The notes under the pieces were generated by a model. That model saw only the letters and a list, made by a program, of their open reading frames with translations. It was not told where the DNA came from and ran no database searches. Shown here in pieces: positions 36,901 through 48,987 of a stretch of DNA of 60,000 nt. The DNA is from Laetmonice hystrix (Eukaryota), in NCBI GenBank assembly GCA_965235115.1, contig OZ249436.1, positions 12,216,001-12,276,000 of the forward strand, given 5' to 3'. The first letter of the stretch is position 1; each line of letters opens with the position of its first letter. The position numbers and the translations under genes were made by a program.

Positions 36901-39464
36901 TTGCACAGGACTGTAAACAGAAGCGGCCTGGAGACACCATCAGGGCCATTCAGCAGCAGTCGGCTGTGGATAAGGCCAAGATGGACAGTGAAGTAAGCTA
37001 ATGTACTTTGCAATGTATCAAAAACCATCTCCAGGGGCCCTGGTTTGAGAGAACACTCTTGAAGTTCCATAGCAGAGGAATACAATTTTCAGTAACAGCT
37101 CCAAGGTAACTTAGATAACGGAAAAATTAGATTGTGATTCAGCTGTTTAATGAATACATTTTATAAGCTATGAGAACTCTGAAAAGATCACATTCTCAGG
37201 GTTTCCTAGAGGATTTCACCTTTGTGCGTAGAGTTGAATGACTTTGGGGTGGTAGACAAGGGGCAGGCATAGTTGCCTTTACTTTTTCACTCTATTACTG
37301 TCTAGTTATACCAGAACATACATCCCATCTTGAAATCTTGATGCTCTTTCCCACCTTCACTGGAATTGAGTCAAATATCAGTTGTTGTTATATGCTTGGT
37401 TTCAGTATATGTCACTTATGGCAGAGTTGGGAGAAGGTCCGCCACCACCCAAACAAGAACCACAAAGAAACTCTTTCTCGTCACATCCACCACAGCAGCT
37501 GATGAACGTGAGAGTCAGTTTATTTTCACATTTTTGTTAACAATTGACCTATTCTAGATTTAGTTGACCCCTGGCTTCTGCATTTTATGCCCAAGTTAAA
37601 GTGTGCCTCTGGAGATACAAGGTGCTGTTGGCTTTTCATTTCCCCTAAATGAACATTCAATTGCAAGTCCACTTTGTTTATGTCTTGGGACTGTATTTTA
37701 GATATCCCATTCGATCTTTTCCTCCCAGTCCATTTTTCTCTCCCAAAACCATGACTATATATGTTTCCTGTGTTAACCATGACAAAATCTCAAACATTAG
37801 GACAAACAGAAAGTTTTAGATTGTTGCTTTCCACCATACAGAGGAGTCCCTTCACAAATCAACTAGATCGTCAACACCAACACCGAGTAAGATATGAGCT
37901 ACTGTTAGGGTACAAAGAACCTCTGGCTTTACTGTTGAATAGACTTCATCGTATCCACCATGGTGGAGTTCTTTGTATTCCTGCTCCTGACATCATGGAA
38001 CAGTTTATAAGAAAACGTCTCCAAATACATAATGATCCAGAGATGTCAAAGGGGGGTATAAGGAAAGCTGTTGTGAAGTAGCTATGTTTTATAACAGTGT
38101 TGAATTTCTCTTCACAGGCTGCCATTACAGCACCGCCACCATGGCAACAGGGAGGTCCTGGCGGCCCGCAACAGCAACAACAGCAACAACAACCTCAGCC
38201 CAAGCCTCCAGCCTTGATGGCACTCAATCAACCTCCAGCAAGTATCGCTCAGCCACCCCCGATGGTGGCGCCACCTCCACCCATCGTTTCCTCAGCACCA
38301 GCCATGCCGCCACCACCATGGCAACAGATGGCAATGTCCATGGCAACTCCTATGTCCAGCGCTCAACCTACAGTGACCACCACCGCGGCCAATAACAGCA
38401 ACTTTAATCAAGGTACAGTCAGTTTTAATCAGTTTTATAAACATTGGAATTATACTAGTTCTTCTGTTCAAGTACAGATGGCAGCATGTCTGCAATATAT
38501 CATTAATAATGATGTGGCCATTTGAAAGATTTTTTTACTTTAGAACTGCAGTCTCGATAGACAGATGAGAAAGGCTTGCTAAACTGGACAGTAAATGATC
38601 GTTATTTTACCGGTATTTCTGGGGTTCTGTTGAAATTAATCAGGTTTTTGCCTTTCAAGAGACAGTGTAGCAGCCTAAAGACAGAGTAGCAACCTAAATA
38701 CAAAGCGTAGTGGCCCACTACAAAAAAAGGCTGGTGAGAACACTGATTTTGTTGTAATAAATGTGTAAGTCACGGTGGGATTCCGTATTAAATTTCAATT
38801 GCCCTATTGATGATTTGATGCAGGTGTGCCACCACCAAGCCTAATGCCGCCTCCACCACCGCCTCCTCCCAGCAGTCAGCCACCCACAGGCAACAACGCT
38901 TTCCCTTGGCAGCAGCCTCAGCAACAGATGAGTACGTACCTGACTGATGTCTAATCTGGTATATTGTCCATGGTATTTTACCATATCACCATTGTGAACG
39001 GTTAAAAGCTTTAATGTGAACTTCATTGAGCAGTCATTATTTCCAGTTTGATAATTTTAAACGATACTTTGAGTAGTAAGTTGAATTCTCTTTATACACG
39101 TATACCTATAATTGTATCGTCCTTGTGTTTTAATTGCGTGTATGAGTTGAGCTGAATCACTGATCATGTTGTGCTAATTTCAGGTATGGGTTGCCCACCG
39201 CCTCCACCTCCTGCACTGGCGGGTTCACTGCCACCATGGCAACAACCTGGAGTGGCTCCAGTCCCACCACCTCCACCACCAAGTAACCTGCTGCCATGGC
39301 AACAGGCACCGCCTCCACCGGTCGCCAACCCTGGAGCCCCGCCGCCACCCCCACAAGGCTTTAACCCCATTGCGCCGCCACCCCCGCCACCCGGGGCAGA
39401 TCATATGAACATGAACATGCCTGGTATCCCCCTGGGGGTTCCACCCCCACCCCCACCCCAGTAA
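24954..39464 (+). CDS. SF1: Splicing factor 1 / branchpoint-binding protein (ULM, SPSP, KH-QUA2, zinc knuckle, Pro-rich tail)
   Basis: RKRKKRSRW ULM, GDLGIPPNPEDRSPSPEPIYNSEGKRLNTRE, INFVGLLIGPRGNTLK KH, RGKGSVKEGK, QLRELALLNGTLRE QUA2, CTVCGGTGHIAQDC knuckle. Exons: 24954-25011 (first exon least certain), 27674-27820, 30801-30876, 35684-35836, 36158-36278, 36391-36662, 36821-36992, 37406-37507, 38118-38412, 38824-38931, 39184-39464. Confidence 0.95.
25473..25804. mobile_element. MITE-like element with long imperfect TIRs
   Basis: ACCCAGTTTCGCGGTCTGTTTTCTC...CGGGAG is inverted at 25758-25804. It is preceded by degenerate CCTAAC telomere-like repeats at about 25375-25423. Confidence 0.6.
26236..26480. 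repeat. C-rich minisatellite
   Basis: Repeated CTGCCAGGACATCCC...CCTCCCCAATCCTGCC units; explains the overlapping Pro/Gly-rich spurious ORFs. Confidence 0.7.
27095..27481. mobile_element. MITE
   Basis: TIR CAGGGGTCGAATTAC / GTAATTCGACCCCTG, flanked by ATTATA; internal GGCACCAAGGCAA repeats. Confidence 0.75.
28952..29443. mobile_element. Tc1/mariner (pogo/Tigger-like) MITE
   Basis: TA|CAGTGGAGTCCGGTTATA ... TATAACTGGACTCCACTG|TA: TIRs with TA target duplication. Confidence 0.75.
31653..31980. mobile_element. TTAA-flanked MITE (Kolobok/piggyBac-like)
   Basis: About 65-bp imperfect TIRs (CACCAAAAATTC...TACTTACCTTCGAACCCCAGGGACACCATGTTAAAATTT and its inverse), with TTAA on both sides. Confidence 0.7.
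33087..33133 (+). other. Candidate poison (PTC-containing) cassette exon of SF1
   Basis: TACTAAC at 33042-33048; first downstream AG at 33085-33086; donor CAG|GTATGA. Joined to exon 3 it reads AG|A GAA ACA GAA AAT TGA. Confidence 0.45.
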
Positions 39465-41018
39465 CGGCCCGGTCCGATAGGAAAGGTTTCTCCAACTTTA
39501 AGCAGCAGGTAGCGCAGGTGGCAATAACTGATTGCTCTTGGAGCAGCGATTATGCATTTTCATACTGGAACTAATCAAATGTTGTCATGCATATCTCTGC
39601 CACAACCACGGGTCTTCGGCAGGAAAACAAATCCTAGTGTAATCATGTTTGCGGGTATAATCAGAACTGTACGTGGAATTAAATCTAACGAATTGATTAT
39701 CCAATGCCAAATTAAGTAAGCTATTGTATATACCTTGCTTTCAGAAAGAGTGGTAATGCACTGGTAAAAAATAATTTGGGGATCAACAAGAATATATATC
39801 ATGAATGAATTTTAATGCTGTGTAGAACATAAGTTTCATATGATGGAAATAATAGTTGAAGTTCCCATGTAAAAATATTCCACATGTTCAGATGTTTATG
39901 GTACACAAATATGAGAGTGGCAAAAATTATTATCATGGGTTTGGTCTTTGTAGGACATTAAGGCAGCACCTGGGGAAGTCAATATGACGAGCTTCGGAAC
40001 CGAGCGATGAGAATGTAACCCTAAGAATTAGTCCACAGAATGCTTAATATTAAACAGCCTTGACTTGTGGAGGAGGAAATATGTTGGATGATAAGATAGA
40101 TATATTACCGGTAATTCTGTGTCTGATAAGTGGCAAGAAGATTTTGCTGGCGACCAGGCCAGTTTCATAGCATTTTTTTGTACAAACATGTTGGACTGTG
40201 AGATTCATGGTTGCTTGTAAATGTTTGCGTATGGAATTAAGATATTCTTGGCATTTTCCTTTCTTATAAAAGAGGTTATGATTGAAAATCTTACTTGTAC
40301 TGATGAGACGTGTTATTGTGACACATTGTCCTGATCACAGTCGAGATGTTTATCTTGTAATCAAAGGAAATGGTCTGAAGAATTAATGAAATATTACAGC
40401 TTTGTCATAGTTTAATAAGTAAGGGTTGCAATATGGAGGGTTAAATGGTAAATTCCTCTATGTGTGGGTGATTTAGAAGCAAGCAAGTCTCCATTGTCGG
40501 TGCAGTTTACAAGCCATGTAGATGGGAACCATTCCGGTAGCAGTCATCCACAGTACCGTATACAGTATCCTGTGGTATTTGCTAAGGGCTCAGTGCCCTA
40601 CTAACCCCCGCATATCCTGTGAAACGAAGCTTTGGTGTGAATGTGGAGTTCATTTTTAGGGTAAGAGACTAAACTACCCTGTGCTTCTTTAAGGCCTCGA
40701 CGATGACAAGTTTCGGGCTACGCAGTATATTCGTTACTTCAAAATGTACTCCTCTGAAGTATGTTCAGATTTCCAGGCTCTACATCCGAAAACATGATAG
40801 GAGGAGGATATTTGTCACGAGTCGTAGCGGTCCACATGGGTGGATGTTTTTAAGTCATCACTTGATGAACCATTTGTAAATATTTTAACTCGTTAGCTGT
40901 CACTGAGGGGTTAAGTATGTGAACCTTCGCCAGCCGTAAAACAAACGAGGCACACCTATGTTCGCGTTTGGTCGTATGGTCTTAAACTGTTTTGTGACTC
41001 TGGTTGGTTAAATGATGC

Positions 41019-41024
41019 AATAAA
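41019..41024 (+). terminator. Probable SF1 polyadenylation signal
   Basis: AATAAA about 1.55 kb after the SF1 stop, just before the convergent neighbouring gene. Confidence 0.45.
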
Positions 41025-41608
41025 AACCACGTCCATAGAAAGTATTCAGAAATGAGTCATTCTTATCTCAACGTTCTCAGGTCTAGGTGTAAGTACGGTT
41101 ATTGTAACCCAGGGCAGCATATTAACATGTCCTCTCTCTTCTTCTACCGTCCATATTTAAACAAAATTGTCTATAAAGAAAGGCGCCGTTGGTATATCGT
41201 AATGTACTTTTTATATACAAGGATCCTTGGATTGTGAGAAGGAATAGTCCGACCCGCGGGTTCTTCTTCTCCCTCTGGATACTCGGGGCTCTGTGGGAAT
41301 GTTCCTACCGATCCACCGTAACCTAACGTCGGCTTCAGCCCTCACATCTCCTCCAGACAATGGTGATCTGTATTTGACGCAGGCTGGGGCCACATCCTCA
41401 GTTGAGCTTGGTATATTGACCAGTCCCTCGCCAGAAGCAACCTGCACAACCTATAATAGCCTACTGATTGACAGACTCACGGCCCTGACGTGTGTAGACC
41501 ACGCTGTCCAGGTCTTTGTATTTACACCTTGCTGAGCTCGCAGTATTCCCATTCACAAGGTCGTTGGAAACATGCTGCATCTTTGGCCTTCAGAACCCAC
41601 AAGCCACC

Positions 41609-43493
41609 TTATCTCCGTCCACTGTGCAGGAGGCTCGTCTCTCCCATGAGGCTGGGTTCGTAGAGGCGTTGACAGCCAGGCTGACTCTCCCACCTTCCAG
41701 CGGGACTACAGACAGCGGCACACCTCCGACCAGAGCTCGAACACACGTAGAAGACCAGGGAGAAGACATGCGACCCTGTGACACTGTGGATGGTGGCTCC
41801 AGGAAGTGCTGGTGGCTCCCCACACCGGATTTCTGAAATAATGAGGGGAGTGTGATCACCCATCTCCTGCAACAACCTTCAGCCCTATATAGGCAACCTA
41901 GGCATAGATCTATACCCTTTTTGGCTCCCCCTCTATAGTGTGATCGTTTAGACATCATTGACCAGAATATTATCTTCACACAGTGAACAAATTTTATCTC
42001 GATAAAGACGTCACCGGCAAAGATATGCAGGCTATATACGTATAGGAGAGTTTGGATTACCCCCCCCCCCCTCCCCCAGCCTCCCCACCCCTTTACCTGG
42101 AAGACTGGGTACCAACTCACCTTGCCGGCAGAGTGTACCAAAGTAACCAATCGGACATTGACACAGGCGACTCCCGCCCAGGGTACCTATCACCGGATGT
42201 CCACCGTTGGAACAGGAGGGACGGAACGCCGCCATTGTCTTTGTTACGGGGTCATCTTCTGAGACTTCAGAACCTGCTGCTAAGGGGAAAACACTGTCCT
42301 TTTCTATCATATGATTCGCTCGGGATGATAAGGACGGAGCATTCGTGTCTGTAGACCCGTATGTGGTCGACGACGCCTCAGTGATAGTAACCTCAGGCTC
42401 TTGTGATAACGCTTGTAATGATAACGTTTGAGTAGTTATCTCGTTTCTAGGTAATTTGCTCTCGCCAGTTGTAGATTGGCCATGGTCTGTGGTCGCGGTG
42501 GTGGTGGACCCAGTGGTGACTGTTTCAGGATCCTGTGTAGTGGTGCCTTTGTCCTCGGTCGACCCGGAAGACTGAGTAATACCTTCCTCCGTTGACCCAT
42601 AGGATTGGTAGTATCCAGGTGTGGTGTCGGTCTTCAGTTCCTTCACTGAAACAAACGATATACCTGTACACGATCTGCAGTTTGATAATTTAATGGACGC
42701 CAAAATGGCATATCTTTAATATAAGTCAGGGGGCTAGGCCCTGCCTACAGCATGCTTAGTTCAATTTGACATAACGTGGATTTTCGTTGATTAATTTGTA
42801 GGCCTAGAAAAGAACAACATTGGCACTTACCTACACATTTTATTTTAATTTGAACCGGGCGGAAAAAATAGCCACTGAAGACCCACCATGCATTAGTGAT
42901 CAGTTCAGGTCGGAAGGCATAATCGCTCACGAATAAACTTATGTGACTTGTGTTCAAACTCGATTTAATCATCCACGTCCCCCCGTATAACAAATATCCG
43001 ACGCCATCTTCCTTCTTATAAACTGGACGTAAGTATGACGTGAACTGCTGCAGTCGGTACGTCCCCGCGAACTTGGACTGTGCCCTGGAGGCGTCGGAAA
43101 TCCCGCTGATTTCGATTGTGCCCGAGGTGCATACTCCAAAGTTTTCATCCACGCAGGTTGTTTTAAGTTCACGATGTTCTTCCCAGCCGCCGGAGGCTGT
43201 CTTTACGAACCACACTTGCTCAGCCGACAAGGAGGGTTGGCGTTGTTTGGACCGGAGACAGACTGTGACATCCTGTAGATCATTGCTGATGTTCGGACTG
43301 ACCACCCACGGGCAGAGCACCTTACCGGCGGCCCCTCGGGGACGATACATGTAGAAGGCACCCGATTCGTGCCTGTAGACCTCCCGGGCCACGTGCCTGA
43401 GCCCAGGTTGGAGGATGTACACACCCGAACTGGCCAGCAGCTCAGGGTAAGATTCGTTCACGCTACCCAGGTAGAATCGTCCCGTGTCACACT
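41609..43493 (-). CDS. Uncharacterised extracellular-type protein: two tandem aromatic-rich modules, Ser/Thr-rich stalk, EGF-like domain, sushi/CCP domain (5' exon(s) not resolved)
   Basis: Phase-1 exons 42831-43493, 42121-42663 (or alternative acceptor 42645) and 41609-41832. EGF motif CSNGG...CQCPIGYFGTLC; sushi motif CGEPP...VFYVC...C...GRW...PGC; stop TAA at 41609-41611. Confidence 0.75.
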
Positions 43494-46400
43494 CTGATAA
43501 AGGCAAAAAAATGGATGTCAGCAATGAGGATGTAATACTGTACCCCTCCCCCGCCCTTGCCGCAAGAATGGTACACTGGCCACCATTCTTGCTTGCCGTA
43601 GGCTACAAACAAAATACATGTAGGCCTTTACATTGTACAGGCCAATGCATGTTCGTTCCTCATCTGAACGTCATAGATTCATAATGATGTTTGGTGGAGC
43701 CTATTCAGGACTACAGATCGTAGCTACATTTATGCATGTAGATGCATTAATATGAATGCATATTCGGTGCAAAAGATCTATGTAAGCTTATACGTGGAAA
43801 TGTATTAGCTAATATGTGCGCGAAACACCCCCACCCCCACCCCGAAATGCATGTTCATGCCTGGATATAGGCCGATACATAGGCCCCTAGAGCTATTTCA
43901 CGCATGCGTGCCCGGCATAGATCTACATAAACTTCTATGATATATAGACCTAAACACATAGGTTGGTCTACATCACGCATGCGGAAACTTCGGTTTTGGT
44001 CAAATGATATAACTTTTCAATAATATGGAAGTACAAAGTATCATATACTAACCCCCAGATGTCGTACGGCATAACCACAATACCGCTCCAATCAGCGCCA
44101 CTGAGAGCATCTCTATGTGTAGTATTCCGCCTGTGACAAGTCTTACATCTGACCGACAAAACGTTAAAGAAATGTTTGACGGTTTCCTTGTCCAACCTTA
44201 TGTCAGGTGAGAGAAGCCGTCCACACGTGCACGTTGAGTGGTCCTAGAAGGGTGAAGAACTGATGAGTGTCCTGCTTCCGTCTTCAGATATAACGGGAAG
44301 CTTGGTGGTCCCTGTGTAGTCACGTCCATTGACACACAGCATGGGTCACCTATCCACCCACGCCAACTACGGTCTGGGGTCACGGGGAAGGCGGAGCGCG
44401 CCAAAGTTGTAGTATATAGCTGTAGTAGTATTGGCTGAGGTTTTCCAAATTGAACAAAAAAACGTTTTCGCGGGACACCAACGCAAGAAGCCTCGTGTGT
44501 TTGACTCACGCTTCGCGTCAAGGCTCAGTATCTGTTTTATTTGGTCATGATTTGTTCAGGAGCAACATTTGTTTTTTAAGATATGGAAAAGTCTCGGGCC
44601 GCGTATAAGTCATACATGCATATGTACATGCGGGTGGTGAGAAAGTGTGGGTAGTAGGCTAATTACAAAGACTGCATTTCAGTGGTTTTTCATTTACATG
44701 TGAACATTGTAGTTCATTTAGGCCCATATAGTAGAGGAGTCTAGCATTTGGCAGTCCGCCTTTATAACCTTGATAATGAGGCTTGGTGAAAGGGCCAGGA
44801 CGTTCTGGACATAATATAGTCCAGCTTTGCCCTAAACATATTCAGATATCATATATCCACCCAGATTATTTCCTGCCGCTCCCCAAGCAGAGCACACCGT
44901 CGCCTCTATTAGGATGTGTGCGACGTGTCATTGTACATGTATAATATTAGCACATGGAAGTGGACTAAAACAGTGGCTATAGGCCTAGTTTTGGTATTGA
45001 TGAATGTTCGGTGAAATAAGAGACCCATAAGGATGAGGTGGAATGAGGTGTAGGCCTTTGCTTGAGAGGAAAAACGGAAGTGCCTGTGGGATAGGAATGT
45101 ATGACGTCATTAGGCCTAATTGATTCGGGGTGCGGGGGTTATGCATTCGGAACACCGAGCCCTTTACGATGTAGAGAGACACAACTACAGCGAAGCGACC
45201 GGAAGTTGGGCCGAGGTTTTCCGAATGGGGGTTATGGTGAAGCTTTGTCAGGGTGCGCTACTTTCAGAGGTTTCATCATAACCAAGATTATGTTGATAAG
45301 ATATGCCGATGTGCCTATAGGACGCTGTGGCCAATAGATTGCTGAGGGCGATGGCAAATTGAAAAAGTGAGGTCCATTCTATTTGCTCGTTTTTATTTGT
45401 CATCCATTCCTTTTCCTTAAAGTATATATTTGTTATGCGTTATCTTTCATGTGTAAAAACGAACGTCAACAGTAATGTCTGTTCCTTTTGAATTTCATGA
45501 ATGATCAGACCGCGGTCAATTTGGCATGACAGCGTGAGACCAAGTTCAGCCTGAGATTTCTACACCAAGTACATAACGTTACCGAGGTACAAACCGCGAC
45601 AAGGGACGCCACTTGCTCCGACCCATCATGATGATGTTTTCCTAAACTGACCTCGACCTCCGCGTGGAACGCCGCAAACCACGTCCTGTGTCGAGGAACT
45701 TCAAGAACCACCAGGTGTCCCCGTCCCCGCCGTACGGGGCTGTGTACCGCGGCAAACCGTCCCCGCCGTACGGGGCTGTAGGTCCTATAGGCCTACCACG
45801 GGAAACCTGGTCATATATCGTCTGCCAACTATGCTCTTATCTGGCCAGACTGAACACGTGTACAGACTGAGTGACTGAGTCAGTCGGTAGGCCTACACAT
45901 GGGCGGATTCAGGGATTTTCTCCCTGTAGGCCACTGCTATAAGCTATATACCCGATTAAAAGGGCCCATCCGTTTAGAGCCCTCACCCCACCCCACCCCT
46001 ACGTGTGTTGGTCCCTTTCCGTTTCCCCGTCGTTTCCGGCCACTCAAATATTCAATCATTGCAATTAGGCCCCAAGTCCAAATAATCGCGCCCAGAATGT
46101 TTTCGGCCTACTCTCCCATATTATGATGTTCGTATTACGGTCCATTTCGAACCCTTTGTTATTTCTTGTGTCCCCGTTTTGAGCACACAAGCATGTCGAT
46201 GCCTCACGTATAGGTCTGCCTTGAGAACAATCGGAACACCGAGCCCTTTACGATGTCGCCTTGAGAAGGTCTTTTACTATAGACTGTGTCCATGCACTTT
46301 CAATCGTCGGTGACACACTCGGGGGTCGTCATAACAACTCCACACATAGTTGGCTGACCATGACTGTACCTTGCATGGCCTGGCCAACACTCCACGTTTC

Positions 46401-46610
46401 ACACCTGACATTTCCGTATACACAGCTCAGGAATGTCAATGGTCATGAAAAGTAGACGGTTGTTTATATACGATTTCCTTTTTCTCAACGGATTCCTTGA
46501 AGTTTCGTACGAGGTAGCAGTAGTTTCACCATGCAACCATATATAGTCCAGCTCCATGATGGGGCTTACAACAGGATGGACTGATATGATACTAAGTCAA
46601 TTGCCATCGT

Positions 46611-46866
46611 CAGGGGCGGATCTGACTGGTTTCCAATCTGGGCGTGCTCGGGAGGAGGGGGAGGCGAGGCATGTTCCTCCCGAAAAAAAAATTGGAGTGC
46701 TATTGCGTTTTAGGCAGGAACATTACCGAACATAAACCCTCGAAAGTGCATATTCTATATCATAACCAGGCCTAATTGTGTAAAGACATTCGTTGTTTGG
46801 GAGGGTGGAGCAAAACCTTTGATAGGTTGTCGGAAAACTGTCGAACCCCCTCTGGATCCGCCCCTG
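46611..46866. mobile_element. hAT-like MITE
   Basis: TIR CAGGGGCGGATC / GATCCGCCCCTG. Confidence 0.65.
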
Positions 46867-48154
46867 AATCACTAATAATGGTCACAACACACGGTGAATA
46901 ACAGGTCTATTTAGCCGTAGTCACGGGCCATTACCTGAATATATATGTGAAAAGTGAATCATTGTTCTTTTTTTATGCGTTCTGGTATGCCTTTCGACAT
47001 GACCTTGAATATTTCATGCGGTCGATATATCTCGGGCGTACATAAGAAGGGGGCGTGAACTCGTGCATACATAGGCCTACGTGTTGGCATAGATCTATAT
47101 CCGTGTGCGGGGGATATTGAAGGTTGGAAAGAAGCTGCACTAAAACGAAGCTGTAGACTTAAGTATTTTGGTTAGCGCCTTCCTCTCCCTTTCTTCTTCT
47201 GCTCAGTTCTTCTTCTTCTGCTGTCTTCTTCTGCGGCGATTAGCGTTTTTAGTCTATAATGGCCGAACCGCAGTGCAACGACGCAGAGAAGAGGGCGAAG
47301 AACTTTGCTGTCGATGGCGCAGAGAAAACTGCGAACTTCTCGGCAAAAAAAATGAATTTCCCCCTCTTTCGGTTAGGTACAATTACAATTTCAGGAAATA
47401 AAACATCACATCCATTCGGATTATAAATGTTTATTACCATTATTATATGCCTATAAAAGGGCATCAAGGCATGTGGTAGATAACGAGTCCGGGAGGAAGG
47501 TTCGAGGCGTTCTTTACGGGGGTTAAATAGATAAAACACGAGTCGCCGGATTTCTGATTCTGTCGACACATCTAGGCCTATAATCTGATACAGACAAAAT
47601 GTGACAAAGGCTGCTACGATTTGGTTGGACAGGAATGTAGCCTATATATCACGCAGCTAACAGGCATGGATCAGTTAACTTAAATATAGCCTAGCTTTGA
47701 TAGACCGGTCTCTCTAAACCATGAATTGGCTGTTTGGTCAGAAGACATTCCTGATCATTAATTGCTTTTTGTATAAAGGTCTAGATCTACCTACATTATT
47801 CTCAACCTCACTGACCTTGGCAAAATGACACCTAGTTACGAGAAGCCAAACTAACCTGGATGTCAAATTGAATATCGTCCCAGACCTTCTCTTGGATTGT
47901 TAGCCTGAGAAATCCATAGTTAGACTCGAATTAGGGAATGGGGAGAGGTATCACCCGGCTTCACAGTGATGAACTTGTATGCTGGAGTTTACAGCAGGTG
48001 GCAGCACCATATCGTACAACTTCCGTGCTTACCGTTAGACTGAGGGGAGATGCTCTTCGATATCCCCCGCCAGACTGTATTTTTCTTTTGAAATGCACGG
48101 GCATCAGGGGTAACCCAATTACTTTGACAATGTCCCTAAAGAGAAAAGTTGTAT

Positions 48155-48254
48155 AGTCCTCTACAGGAATCGAACCCCGGCCCCAAGATTACTGCACCCA
48201 TTCGCATAGCATAAGGTGTCGACACCCATGCCCACTCGGCCACCGCCACTCCCC
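48155..48254 (-). mobile_element. tRNA-derived Pol III unit (SINE head or tRNA pseudogene), copy 1
   Basis: A-box TGGCCGAGTGG (rc 48232-48242) and B-box GGTTCGATTCC (rc 48166-48176), then TTTT; acceptor stem does not pair. Confidence 0.6.
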
Positions 48255-48487
48255 TAAAAAAGGAGCTTTGGTGGTCGAGCAGGACAGTGGACCTTCCCCT
48301 CTACACACATCTTTCGAAATGAGACGAAATCCATATTTTCCTAGATAGAGCTACACATGATTACTACCGAACATTGACTGTTAAGGTAATCCTGGCACTG
48401 GCGTAGACTGTATTTTTCCTTTGAAATGCACGGGCATCAGGGGTAACCCAATTACTTTGACAATGTCCCTAAAGAGAAAAGTTGTAT

Positions 48488-48587
48488 AGTCCTATACAGG
48501 AATCGAACCCCGGCCCCAAGATTACTGCACCCATTCGCATAGCATAAGGTGTCGACACCCATGCCCACTCGGCCACCGCCACTCCCC
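48488..48587 (-). mobile_element. tRNA-derived Pol III unit (SINE head or tRNA pseudogene), copy 2
   Basis: A-box rc 48565-48575 and B-box rc 48499-48509; same unit as copy 1. Confidence 0.6.
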
Positions 48588-48816
48588 TAAAAAAGGAGCT
48601 TTGGTGGTCGAGCAGGACAATGGACCCTCCCCCTACACACATCTTCCGAAATGAGACGGACTCCATATTTTCCTAGATAGAGCTACACATGATTTCTACC
48701 GAACATTGACTGTTAAGGTAATCCTGGCACTGGCGTAGACTGTATTTTTCTTTTGAAATGCACGGGCATCAGGGGTAACCCAATTACTTTGACAATGTCC
48801 CTAAAGAGAAAAGTTG

Positions 48817-48987
48817 CCCCTATGTACTCCACCTGACTGTGATGATTATATAGGCCCCTATGTACCCCACCTGACTGTAGTGATAAGGCCCCTATATACC
48901 CCACCTGACTGTAGTGCTTATAGGCCCCTACGTACCCATCTGACTGCAGGGACTAGGACCTTATGTACCCCACCTGACTGTAGTGAT
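48817..48987. repeat. Minisatellite (~33-38 bp unit x5)
   Basis: Repeats of GGCCCCTATGTACCCCACCTGACTGTAGTGAT. Confidence 0.85.

Larger units (their letters stand above)
48072..48816. repeat. Tandem repeat, ~333-bp unit x ~2.2
   Basis: Near-identical units start at 48072, 48405 and 48737 (AGACTGTATTTTTC...). Confidence 0.9.

Noticed and set aside
47168..47569. Short ORFs in a CpG/CTT-rich patch as a protein-coding exon
   Set aside because: No recognisable homology or downstream exons; may be a promoter or 5' UTR but cannot be supported.
48155..48254. Functional tRNA gene
   Set aside because: A and B boxes are present, but the acceptor stem and anticodon arm do not form a canonical cloverleaf.
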